A model generated the notes under the pieces. The model saw only the letters and a program-made list of their open reading frames with translations. It searched no databases and was not told the origin of the DNA. From Patescibacteria group bacterium (GTDB lineage Bacteria; Patescibacteriota; Minisyncoccia; Phycocordibacterales; Phycocordibacteraceae): a stretch of 64,000 bases of DNA. Every line of letters starts with the position of its first letter. Position 1 is the stretch's first letter. This document shows positions 48,888-57,738 of the stretch, piece by piece. The translations under genes and the position numbers were made by a program. The stretch is taken from contig JACDGK010000004.1 of assembly GCA_013815345.1 (NCBI GenBank), forward strand, positions 10,361 through 74,360, in the 5' to 3' direction.

Positions 48888-49829
48888 ATGCTTTATTCCC
48901 GAATATCTGTAGTGGTGCCGATCTTTAACGAAGAGGGCAATCTGACTATCCTCGATCGCGAGCTCAAAAATGTGCTGCCTTCAATAGCTCTTAACTATGA
49001 AATTATTTATGTAAATGACGCGAGCACTGACGCGACGCTGAATGAACTTTCTCTTCTTGAAAATGTGACGGTTATTACTCTCCGAAGACGGTATGGGCAG
49101 GCAACAGCGCTTGCCGCAGGATTTGCGCGTGCCTCGGGAGAAATTATTATTTCCATAGATGGTGACGGTCAAAATGATCCGGCTGATATACCGCTCTTGC
49201 TTTCAACGCTCCAAAATCGAAATGTTGATGTCGTAACCGGATGGCGCCAGCATCGCCGTGAGAGAAATGGTATTCGTGTTCTTACGAATCTCGGCCGGTA
49301 TCTCCGAAAAATCATCATTCATGATCCCGTGCATGATACAGGGTGTACGCTCCGCGCGTACCGCGCGGAGGCGGTTAAAAGTCTGAGTCTCCATGGGGAA
49401 ATGCACCGCTATATCTTGGCGCTACTTCGTTGGAAAGGATTTACAATCGAAGAAGTAGTGGTAAAAGATCGAACACGGAGGCACGGAGTAAGCAAGTACG
49501 GCTACAGTAAAGCCATACGGGGATTTATCGATCTCATATACATCTGGTTTATTTATAAATATTCCGATCGGCCGCTTCATCTTTTCGGCTATTTGAGCCT
49601 TAGCGCTTTCGGTCTCGGCCTTATTTCTGCACTACTGACCCTCTATGATCGCCTTGTGCTAGATGTGCACCTTAACAGTGATGGATGGTTTTTCCTCACC
49701 TTCTTTCTCCTTATCGTCGCCGTGATGTTCTTTTCTTTCGGCATCATCATTGAGCTTATAATGCGAATGTATCTCAGCACCTCGTCTTCTGAAAAACCGT
49801 ATTACATAAAAAGTATTATCACGCTATGA
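48888..49829 (+). CDS. polyprenol-phosphate glycosyltransferase (GT2, ArnC/GtrB-like)
   Basis: VPIFNEE, DASTD, YGQATA, DGDGQNDPADIP, HDTGC, GEMHRY, 2 C-terminal TMs. Confidence 0.92.
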   Translation: MLYSRISVVVPIFNEEGNLTILDRELKNVLPSIALNYEIIYVNDASTDATLNELSLLENVTVITLRRRYGQATALAAGFARASGEIIISIDGDGQNDPADIPLLLSTLQNRNVDVVTGWRQHRRERNGIRVLTNLGRYLRKIIIHDPVHDTGCTLRAYRAEAVKSLSLHGEMHRYILALLRWKGFTIEEVVVKDRTRRHGVSKYGYSKAIRGFIDLIYIWFIYKYSDRPLHLFGYLSLSAFGLGLISALLTLYDRLVLDVHLNSDGWFFLTFFLLIVAVMFFSFGIIIELIMRMYLSTSSSEKPYYIKSIITL

Positions 49830-49861
49830 TAAGGATTCATTACGATTTTTAATTCACCAGC

Positions 49862-50305
49862 ATGCAAAAGAAGGTACAGGGAAAATTCAGTCCTGGAGAT
49901 TTTAGATTAAAAGTAAAACGATCGAGTGCAGGACTCGGTTTGTATGCGGAAGAAGCAATTCCAAAAGGGAAGTGCATTATTGAATACACCGGACGGGTCA
50001 TTTCTAAAGAAGAAGAGTATAAAAGCCGAAGTAAATATCTTTTCGAGATTAACAAAGATAAGACCATAGATGGCACAACGCGACGCAATACTGCTCGGTA
50101 TATTAACCACTCATGCCGCCCAAATGCCGAAGTAGAGATTCGCAAAGGGAGAGTCTTCATACTGGCACGACGCGCCATCAAAGAAGGAGAAGAACTTTCA
50201 TATGACTATGGAAAAGAATATATTGATGAGCATATCAAACCCTACGGATGCCGGTGTATAAAGTGTAAGCCTTCTCTTCACGTTCTTCTTAAGAAATCTG
50301 CTTGA
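49862..50305 (+). CDS. SET domain protein-lysine methyltransferase
   Basis: GLGLYA, IIEYTG, ARYINHSCRPN, GEELSYDYG, post-SET CRCIKC. Confidence 0.93.
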   Translation: MQKKVQGKFSPGDFRLKVKRSSAGLGLYAEEAIPKGKCIIEYTGRVISKEEEYKSRSKYLFEINKDKTIDGTTRRNTARYINHSCRPNAEVEIRKGRVFILARRAIKEGEELSYDYGKEYIDEHIKPYGCRCIKCKPSLHVLLKKSA

Positions 50306-52352
50306 GAATTTCTTCAATATCCACGAGTCCTGCCGGTTTGGTCAGGTGGTAGTCGCAACCTGCGCCGTCTGCCTTTTGCTTATCCTCCTCTTGACCGTAT
50401 CCCGTAAGTGCGATGATTGTCCCGGAAAAAAGATGCACTTCTCGCAACTGACGCGCCACTTCATAGCCATCCATTTCGGGAAGTCCTATGTCGAGCAGGA
50501 TGACTCTCGGCTTAAATTCGTTCTCACTAACTAGCGCCTCGTTAGCGCCGAATGCAGTTTCAACCGTATGTCCTCGAAGTGTTAGAAGTTTTTGCAGTGC
50601 TTTAGCAGCTGCTTGGTTATCATCTACGACGAGTATCTTAAAATGGGGTCCCATAATGGAAGAAAAGAATGAAGATACAGGGTTTTTAGCAATGATAGCG
50701 GTCTGGATCAGGTTTTCTTGAGGATCGCTATACCGCAAACGTACGATAAATTCACTGCCTTGTCCAGGTCCTGCACTTTGCGCCTCAATTGTCCCCCCAT
50801 GCAGCTCAACAAGGGTGCGGGCGAGAGAAAGGCCGATACCGAGTCCCGCTGTCCTTTTCCGGTTACCCCTTTCAATCTGCATAAAAGGATCAAATATGTG
50901 TTTAAGGAGCGAAGATTCAATGCCAATTCCCGAATCACAGATTCGCATCGTTATCGTCCCGGGAATTATCTTAACTTCAAGCTTTATCGTACCGCCCGGT
51001 TCGGTATATTTTGCAGCATTATTGAGAAGATTCAGTAAAATTTGTTCAAAACGAACAGGATCAACATTGAGATTTATTGTTTCGGGCGGAAGATTGAGCG
51101 TAAAAGTATGATCGCGTTCCTGCATAAGGGGCTCAACCATACGAACGCTTCGCATGATAATTTCTGAGAGGTCGACCACTTCCTTCTCTATTTTGAATTT
51201 TTGACGCGAAATACGTGAAATGTCGAGCAGATCATCGAGCAAATGTCGTATCATTGCGATGCTCCGTCCCATGACCTCTACCAACTCTTCTTGATCAATA
51301 GCAGAAAGGCTTCCCATTCGCAAGATGTCCAACGAACTCACGAGTGGAGCAAGAGGATTTCGAAGCTCGTGGGCAAGCGTAGCGATAAACTCACTTTTTG
51401 CAGTATCTTCAATGCTGATTCGTGCGACCGCTTTTTCAAGCTGCTCCACGTGGTCGCGGAGCGCATCGGCGGCATTTTTTCGTTCCTCAGCAATCGAGGC
51501 GAGGATGAGGAATATAAGCGAAATAATGATAAGAAATATCTCTGACTGGAGTAATCGTGTTCCAAGAGCGGCGACCGCATGGGTTGCAGGGAAACCGACT
51601 GCCGTTCCCACAAGTACTAAAAAAGCGTTTAAAAACAAAGCAAGTGTGGTAGCACGTACTCCCATGCGGAGTGCTATCCAGAAAAGTGGCACGAGCATGA
51701 TGTAAATAAGAGATATTTGAACGAACGTTGTATAGGGAGTCCAGAATAAAAAAATATCGATTGCGCCAAGAAATCCAAAAGCGAGAATAGTTTCTCCGAG
51801 TTCTTTTCTTTTCCAGGTAAATCGAGGAGCAGATATCCATCGAAGAATGAGGGGAGTCATGATGAGAATACTGAGTATTTCTCCGCTCCACCAATGACCC
51901 CAGCTCGATGAGAGGTTTGTAATAGGAAGTAGGCCGCTTACGAATTCGATCCAGATACCTATTGTGGGAACAACCATGGTCACCAGCACGGTGATCAACA
52001 CCAATACGAACGTATCGTAGAGCCTTTCAATCTTAGGATGAAATTTTAATTGTTTGAGAAGATAGGCACCTAAAAGCGCTTGGCCTGCATTTGCAAGCGC
52101 GATGACTATGGCTATCAGTAGCGGATTACCGTTTAAGAGAAGTTGTAAAAAAGAAGCCAGCGCAATGGCTGGCCACAGAGCAGAGCCCCACAGTATAAGA
52201 CCTCCCAGCGCGATGCCAGCAGCAGGCCATATAAAGGAGGGCGCAGTACCTGCGGCATGAATATAGGAACCGAGCTCAGAAGCGAGAAAACAGAGAATAA
52301 ACAAAAATCCTAGTCGGACGAATTCTTGCGAGGTGTAGCTTCTCTTCAACAT
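50289..52352 (-). CDS. MASE1 hybrid histidine kinase/receiver
   Basis: FIWPAAGIA and WWSGE (MASE1), HELRNPL, NAAKYT, GLGIGL, receiver domain LDIGLPEMDG. Confidence 0.92.
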   Translation of the reverse strand: MLKRSYTSQEFVRLGFLFILCFLASELGSYIHAAGTAPSFIWPAAGIALGGLILWGSALWPAIALASFLQLLLNGNPLLIAIVIALANAGQALLGAYLLKQLKFHPKIERLYDTFVLVLITVLVTMVVPTIGIWIEFVSGLLPITNLSSSWGHWWSGEILSILIMTPLILRWISAPRFTWKRKELGETILAFGFLGAIDIFLFWTPYTTFVQISLIYIMLVPLFWIALRMGVRATTLALFLNAFLVLVGTAVGFPATHAVAALGTRLLQSEIFLIIISLIFLILASIAEERKNAADALRDHVEQLEKAVARISIEDTAKSEFIATLAHELRNPLAPLVSSLDILRMGSLSAIDQEELVEVMGRSIAMIRHLLDDLLDISRISRQKFKIEKEVVDLSEIIMRSVRMVEPLMQERDHTFTLNLPPETINLNVDPVRFEQILLNLLNNAAKYTEPGGTIKLEVKIIPGTITMRICDSGIGIESSLLKHIFDPFMQIERGNRKRTAGLGIGLSLARTLVELHGGTIEAQSAGPGQGSEFIVRLRYSDPQENLIQTAIIAKNPVSSFFSSIMGPHFKILVVDDNQAAAKALQKLLTLRGHTVETAFGANEALVSENEFKPRVILLDIGLPEMDGYEVARQLREVHLFSGTIIALTGYGQEEDKQKADGAGCDYHLTKPAGLVDIEEILKQIS

Positions 52353-52379
52353 AGGGAGATAAGCGAATAGGAGTTGTTT

Positions 52380-52859
52380 CTAGGCAGTGGGGAACCATCC
52401 ACTCGCTTTCTTTGTTTGTATTTTTTTGGGAGTTTCAGGCTCACCTTTTCCATTCTCGCACAGTTTTTTCAGACTGAGCAACGAACGTTCCCACTGAGTG
52501 GCAGAAGCACCTTGGCTTGTCGCAGCATTTTTCCAATTGCTATGTTCAAACAAAACTACGGTATCTCGATTTTGACCTTCAGTAAGCTGGAACGTTATCT
52601 TTGTCCCAAGCCACTCTTTCCCGAGTAAAAAAGTAGCACTGGTGACGGCCCAGACAAGGCATTTATTCTTGCGCGCTTCAGTCACCTCTAGCGTGATAGT
52701 TAACCCTTCACCAAAGCCAAGACGCAGCTCACCACCCTTTTCAGGACTACCCTGAATAGCGGTGGTCCACCAGCTCCGCAGGCCGCCGAGCGTAGATATG
52801 ACTTCATACACCTCCGAAATAGAGGCGCTGATTTCGACACGATGAGTAATAGTGGCCAT
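52380..52859 (-). CDS. SRPBCC/AHSA1 domain protein
   Basis: VYEVISTLGGLRSWWT, EWLGTKITFQL, FEHSNW. Confidence 0.85.
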   Translation of the reverse strand: MATITHRVEISASISEVYEVISTLGGLRSWWTTAIQGSPEKGGELRLGFGEGLTITLEVTEARKNKCLVWAVTSATFLLGKEWLGTKITFQLTEGQNRDTVVLFEHSNWKNAATSQGASATQWERSLLSLKKLCENGKGEPETPKKIQTKKASGWFPTA

Positions 52860-52887
52860 ACAAAAATAGAAACAGAAAATGCCAGAA

Positions 52888-52918
52888 ACAAAAGCGCCCG
52901 CTTTGCGGGCGCTTTTGT
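52888..52918 (-). terminator. cold-shock gene terminator
   Basis: acaaaagcgcccgc-ttt-gcgggcgcttttgt. Confidence 0.85.
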
Positions 52919-52920
52919 CT

Positions 52921-53121
52921 TTAGACTTTGCTTACGTTGACCGCGTTTGGACCCTTGGGACCTTCGCCGACTTCAAACGTAACCTTGTCCCCTTCGCGAA
53001 GATCATCGAACTTTACGTTCTTGAGCTCGTTAGAGTGGAAAAAGAGATCTTTGTCCATTCCTTCGCGACGGATGAAACCGAAGCCCTTGATGTTGAGCCC
53101 GGCAATTATTCCTTCCTCCAT
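52921..53121 (-). CDS. cspA: cold-shock protein
   Basis: KGFGFI, DLFFHSNEL, GPKGPNAVNV. Confidence 0.95.
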   Translation of the reverse strand: MEEGIIAGLNIKGFGFIRREGMDKDLFFHSNELKNVKFDDLREGDKVTFEVGEGPKGPNAVNVSKV

Positions 53122-53226
53122 AGTGATTTCTTGACTTGATATGCACGCGAATAACTATCAAGACAGGAGGCTGAAGGTCGAAACTCGATCCTCGCTTCTC
53201 GTAGTCAGCGCTGCTTTGATAAGACC

Positions 53227-53255
53227 AGTTTACAATATACAAAAATGTATGTCAA
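53227..53255 (-). promoter_or_regulatory. csp promoter TTGACA-17-TAAACT with ~100-nt 5' UTR
   Basis: Near-consensus hexamers and 17-nt spacer. Confidence 0.75.
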
Positions 53256-53384
53256 TCGCGAGGAAGTATGAAATAAGGCAACTTCATTCGTTCTTAATCT
53301 GCGGTATACTTATATACAGGTGGTTGCCTGTACCTTTCCTAGGAGACGCACAGATATAGAATTACTCGCTAATATTTCTGTTAT

Positions 53385-53645
53385 ATGGGAATTATTCTTT
53401 GGATTGTATTCGGGGCTATTGTGGGCTGGGTTGCTTCGCTTATCATGAAGACACGTGGAGGTATCGTCATGGACATCATCGTAGGTATCGTAGGGGCCGT
53501 CATCGGAGGATGGGCTATGAGTTTCTTCGGTGGTGCACCAGTAGGTGGCTTTAATCTCTACAGTTTTGTGGTGGCTCTTATCGGAGCGGTCATACTTCTC
53601 GCTATCGTGAAAGCGGTAAGCGGCAAGAGATCAGCACTCGTATAA
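53385..53645 (+). CDS. GlsB/YeaQ/YmgE family membrane protein
   Basis: WIVFGAIVGWVASLIM..DIIVGIVGAVIGG..SFVVALIGAVILL. Confidence 0.92.
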   Translation: MGIILWIVFGAIVGWVASLIMKTRGGIVMDIIVGIVGAVIGGWAMSFFGGAPVGGFNLYSFVVALIGAVILLAIVKAVSGKRSALV

Positions 53646-53668
53646 GACAAAGAATTTCAGAGACAGAG

Positions 53669-53713
53669 TACAATGCGAAAAAGGCTCCAGTATGGAGCCT
53701 TTTTCGCATTGTA
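53669..53713. terminator. 21-bp perfect inverted repeat / terminator
   Basis: tacaatgcgaaaaaggctcca-gta-tggagcctttttcgcattgta. Confidence 0.8.
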
Positions 53714-53746
53714 AGAACAAAAGACCTGCTACGTCTCTTACAGTAT

Positions 53747-54808
53747 ATGAAATCCAACACTTTTTTCGTGAGGAAATTCGCTATTTTTGCCTTATTTATA
53801 ACTCTGGGAGTAGGTCTTGTGCCTGCTGCGAGGGCCTATGCAGATGTGTCAGTGGCTCCGGAACCAGGTATTCCTACCTGCTATCCCCTGAATCAAATTA
53901 CCCAAAACCTTTATTTCGGTTCGAGAGATGCCTACACAAATGGGGAAGTGAGCAAACTGCAAACCTTCTTAAATCAAAAGGGATACTTTTCTTATCCCTC
54001 TATCGGTATTTTTGGGCCTCTTACGCTTGCTTCGGTGCAGCGATTCCAAGCAGCTAACGGCGTATCCTCGACTGGCTATGTAGGGCCAATAACTCGAGGC
54101 GTGATTCAGCGCATGCTCTGTGGCAATCCTGTTCCTCCCGAGAGCAGCGTCAACATTAATTCTATTTCTCCAACATCAGGAGCGGTAGGAACAACCGTAA
54201 GCATTACGGGATATGGATTTACTTCGGACAACACCGTTCTCTTTGCAGGTGGCGCTATCAGAAATGTGCCGGTATCTTCAAGTATTGCTATTGCGTGTAC
54301 CACCGATCCTAATTGTCGGGGAGGTATTCGCCAAACGTTACTCTTTACGGTGCCGTCATCTATCGGACCTAATTGTCCTCCGGGCTCCCTCTGTCCTCTC
54401 TATGCGCGTCTCGTAACTCCGGGCGACTATCAAATCTCAGTCCAAAATACCAACGGCACGAGCAATGCCGTGACGTTTACGGTCACTTCTGGAAATCCGT
54501 TTCCGGGGCAACAGCCTCTCACGATAAGCGGCCTTGATGCACCGGCTCATTTGTCGGTAGGGGACACGGGCAGCTTTACCATCCACGTGAGCGACATCGG
54601 GGCTTCTTCAAATCTCCACTACTCAATAGTGTGGGGAGATGAATTGCAGACTCTCTCACCAGCTTCTGCGAGCTTTGCTCGAACTATTCAACCTTCTGCA
54701 AGCGTTACTCACACGTATACGCGTTCAGGCACTTTCACTCCGGTGTTTACCGTAACGAATGATGCAGGACAGTCGGCGAATATAAGTTCAACCGTGGTAG
54801 TGAATTAG
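53747..54808 (+). CDS. secreted peptidoglycan-binding + IPT/TIG + PKD protein
   Basis: Signal peptide; VSKLQTFL..GIFGPLTLASVQRFQ..GYVGPITR; ISPTSGAVGTTVSITG; WGD..HTY. Confidence 0.85.
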   Translation: MKSNTFFVRKFAIFALFITLGVGLVPAARAYADVSVAPEPGIPTCYPLNQITQNLYFGSRDAYTNGEVSKLQTFLNQKGYFSYPSIGIFGPLTLASVQRFQAANGVSSTGYVGPITRGVIQRMLCGNPVPPESSVNINSISPTSGAVGTTVSITGYGFTSDNTVLFAGGAIRNVPVSSSIAIACTTDPNCRGGIRQTLLFTVPSSIGPNCPPGSLCPLYARLVTPGDYQISVQNTNGTSNAVTFTVTSGNPFPGQQPLTISGLDAPAHLSVGDTGSFTIHVSDIGASSNLHYSIVWGDELQTLSPASASFARTIQPSASVTHTYTRSGTFTPVFTVTNDAGQSANISSTVVVN

Positions 54809-54819
54809 TATAAAGAAAG

Positions 54820-54886
54820 AATCCGGCCGAGGAATTCCTCGGCCGGATTTTTCATAATAAAAAGACTCCAAGTACCCCTGGAGTCT
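54820..54886. terminator. two back-to-back terminators
   Basis: 30-bp palindrome aatccggccgaggaattcctcggccggatt+TTT (plus strand); agactcca-N8-tggagtct with T-tract on minus strand (purD). Confidence 0.75.
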
Positions 54887-54910
54887 AAACTCTAACTTTG
54901 AGCAGAATCA

Positions 54911-56188
54911 CTATATCGTAAGAGCAATATCAGACCGGAACCATTTGCCTTTGAAATCAATCCATTCGGCAATCTGCAGCGCTCTCCTGCGGGCAATAGG
55001 GAAGGTAGCTCCCATACCCACAACGCTCATCACCCGCCCACCCGCGGTGATGAGCTCACTCTCATTCTCCAGGGTGCCTGCATGGAAAATATGCACGGGT
55101 GCAGTAATCGCGTCTTCTTCTCCCCGAATACAATTGCCGATCTCATATTTTCCGGGATATCCTTTGCTCGCTAATACGAAACACACCGCCACGTCCGATG
55201 CAATTTCGAAAGGAGGGAGTGTTGAGAGCCCACCAAACGTAAGCGTGGCGAGCAGATAAGGGACAAGATCGGATTTCAGACGAGGCAAAATAACTTGCGT
55301 CTCTGGATCACCCCAACGGATATTCCATTCGAGAAGTTTAGGACCATCTATAGTCAGCATGAGTCCCGCAAAGAGAACTCCGTGGTAGGGAGTACCACGA
55401 TCAGCGAGCGCGCGTAAGGTCGGAATAAAAAATTCCGTCCGAATACGTTCGAGCATGGCAGCATTCACGCGCGGTTCGGGAGAGTATGCACCCATGCCGC
55501 CAGTATTTGGGCCTTTGTCACCAACATACGCGCGCTTATAATCATGCGCGGCTTGGAAGATCATCGCGTTTTCGCCATCGCACAGTCCCATTACCGAAAC
55601 GTCAAATCCTTCGAGTTTTTGCTCGATGACGATGCGGGATCCCGCCTCGTCATGGATTTTCTCCACCATCATTTCGTAGGCCGCGCCGATAGCGTCTTTT
55701 TTAGTGTCAGCGACCCTGACTCCTTTTCCAGCACAAGGCCCATCGGCTTTGATCACCAGTGGCGCTCCCCACGCAAGAATAATTTGTCGTGCGCATTCGA
55801 AGCTATGCGGCACACGATATTCCGCAGTGGGAATATTATTTTCCGTACAGAACTTTTTGGTGAAGATTTTGCTTCCCTCAAGCCTCGCGCCTGTGGCGTC
55901 GGGGCCAACACAAGGAATGCCATTGGCTCCCAAAAGCTCAGACAAGCCGCCGATGAGTGGCACCTCTGGGCCGATGATCACCGCGCTCACTTCTTCTTTT
56001 TTGCAAAGAGCAAGGATGCCGAGGAAATCCGATTCCTTTACGTTTCGTCGATCATTCTCGGCGATGCCTCCATTACCTGGCGTACAAAGTACCCGAGCAG
56101 TATAGGGACTTTTCTTGAGCGTGTCGGAAATGACATGTTCACGTGCTCCGCTCCCGACCACCAGCCAGGTCAGCGCTTTACCATTCAT
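54911..56188 (-). CDS. purD: phosphoribosylamine--glycine ligase
   Basis: VGSGAREH, PGNGG, IGPEVPL, KADGPCAGKGV, GPNTGGMGAYSP, GDPETQ, GGRV; GGAG before ATG 56188; TTGACT-17-TACCTT. Confidence 0.96.
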   Translation of the reverse strand: MNGKALTWLVVGSGAREHVISDTLKKSPYTARVLCTPGNGGIAENDRRNVKESDFLGILALCKKEEVSAVIIGPEVPLIGGLSELLGANGIPCVGPDATGARLEGSKIFTKKFCTENNIPTAEYRVPHSFECARQIILAWGAPLVIKADGPCAGKGVRVADTKKDAIGAAYEMMVEKIHDEAGSRIVIEQKLEGFDVSVMGLCDGENAMIFQAAHDYKRAYVGDKGPNTGGMGAYSPEPRVNAAMLERIRTEFFIPTLRALADRGTPYHGVLFAGLMLTIDGPKLLEWNIRWGDPETQVILPRLKSDLVPYLLATLTFGGLSTLPPFEIASDVAVCFVLASKGYPGKYEIGNCIRGEEDAITAPVHIFHAGTLENESELITAGGRVMSVVGMGATFPIARRRALQIAEWIDFKGKWFRSDIALTI

Positions 56189-56271
56189 CAAAATCTCTCC
56201 GTTATAAGAGTTGGGAATTCTCGGTATCTCTGCTTTTAAGGTACGAGCGAGAACTGAGAAAGTCAATTATT

Positions 56272-56302
56272 GAAAAACCCTCAGATCATTTGATCTGAGG
56301 GT
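56272..56302 (-). repeat. terminator hairpin, copy 2 of a dispersed repeat
   Basis: gaaaaaccctcagatcatttgatctgagggt. Confidence 0.75.
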
Positions 56303-56340
56303 GCCCGTGTAAGGTTGTTCGGTAAACCATGCAGCATACT

Positions 56341-56751
56341 TTAATGACTCGTGTGAGCGTGTTGCTCTTCCGTATGCCGACGCAGTTTTCTAATATCTGA
56401 CCGAATGAGGTCGACGATCGCGGCGACCACCACATATGAAGCTAGGAGGGTGAGCAACTGGTCGCCGCTATGGGGCGTGTTGAGATCTTCTCCTTTATTC
56501 ACTTCCCAGTGGCACACCGAGCCACTGGGAGAATGAGGGGGAACTCCGCATGCAGCGATCCGCCCGCGAGCTGAGGAGCCCATTTTTCCGACGGCCCTCA
56601 TGACCTTGCTGCCATGGTGAACCCAGAAGTCGCACGGGCAGGTGTCGAAATCCATTTTCGTGTCCCTCGACTCTACGTCATATATATCGCCAATTTGCGA
56701 CAGGACGCTCGCGGCGACCCGATGAATGTACTGTTGTGAGCGCTGTTCCAT
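56341..56751 (-). CDS. hypothetical protein
   Basis: AAAAGGAG-6-ATG; own terminator. Confidence 0.6.
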   Translation of the reverse strand: MEQRSQQYIHRVAASVLSQIGDIYDVESRDTKMDFDTCPCDFWVHHGSKVMRAVGKMGSSARGRIAACGVPPHSPSGSVCHWEVNKGEDLNTPHSGDQLLTLLASYVVVAAIVDLIRSDIRKLRRHTEEQHAHTSH

Positions 56752-56941
56752 GTCATGCTCCTTTCCAGAGCTCCTGCCGCATAATGCTTCGATTTTCCAT
56801 GGGAGAAAAACCATGCAGGGTCGTAGGCCGACCCTCAACGTATATCACGACACGTGCAAATAGCAACTGTTTTATAGGGGTTAATTGACCCATTACCAAA
56901 AAAGAAGTACAGTTCACCCTCGAGATCTTTGGGAGTGACCG

Positions 56942-57244
56942 ATGAGTAAAAGAACACGCGAAGAGGCATTCGTGGAGCTTAAGTCTCGATTTTCAACACT
57001 CGGCTTCTTCTCCACTGGCCATGACTTGAGTCGGGAGAGATTAGTCGAAGTACTATGCGATGTGGAAACACGGCAACCGGGAAGGGCTCGGCAGCTCACG
57101 TGTTTCAAGCTCCGGTGGGGTTTTGGCTCTGAAGAGCCTATGACGTACGGGCAGATCGGCTCGCATTTTGGCGTGAGTGCGGAACGGGCACAAGAAATGA
57201 CCAACAGGGCTATTGGAACGCTCGGCCATTCGTCTTTCCGTTAA
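56942..57244 (+). CDS. stand-alone sigma70 region-4-like HTH protein
   Basis: FKLRWGF..PMTYGQIGSHFGVSAERAQEM resembles RpoD region 4; TTGACC-17-TACAGT, GGGAG, terminator 57281-57310. Confidence 0.7.
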   Translation: MSKRTREEAFVELKSRFSTLGFFSTGHDLSRERLVEVLCDVETRQPGRARQLTCFKLRWGFGSEEPMTYGQIGSHFGVSAERAQEMTNRAIGTLGHSSFR

Positions 57245-57319
57245 ACCCTGCATCCTGAGTGATTAACGATTCTTTCCACATAGCTGTCCTTACCGGATGG
57301 CTATTTTTTATTTTTCACT

Positions 57320-57715
57320 TCATTCTGTCACTTTCAGGGATAGTAATTCTGAAAGCATAGCTTTAAATTCAAGAGCCCCTACTGGCTTAGTGAGGTGAGC
57401 GGTAAAACCAGCAGAAAGAGCTTTTTCAATATCCTCTTGAAGACCGTATCCCGAAAGTGCTACTACCGGCAGGATATAGCCTCGAGTCCTGATTTCGTTG
57501 ACCACCTCATACCCGTCCATCTCGGGCATTCCAATATCGACGAAAGCTATGTCAGCGTGTTGATCATAAAGATAGGTAAGGAGATCGGAACCCGAATAGA
57601 AGGCTTGGGCGTTCCATCCAAGTGCGCTAATGAGTCGGACGAGGCAGTTGGCGGCAAGACGATTGTCATCGACAATAAGAACTTTTAGGGTACTTTGTTC
57701 CTTTTCATTCTCCAT
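57320..57715 (-). CDS. single-domain response regulator
   Basis: LIVDDN, VDIGMPEMDG, ALSGYG, HLTKP. Confidence 0.92.
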   Translation of the reverse strand: MENEKEQSTLKVLIVDDNRLAANCLVRLISALGWNAQAFYSGSDLLTYLYDQHADIAFVDIGMPEMDGYEVVNEIRTRGYILPVVALSGYGLQEDIEKALSAGFTAHLTKPVGALEFKAMLSELLSLKVTE

Positions 57716-57738
57716 ACACGATCATTATTTGCAGATAC

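Noticed and set aside
54820-54849. 30-bp perfect palindrome as a mobile-element end
   Set aside because: Sits just after a stop codon with a T-tract; single copy; adequately explained as a terminator
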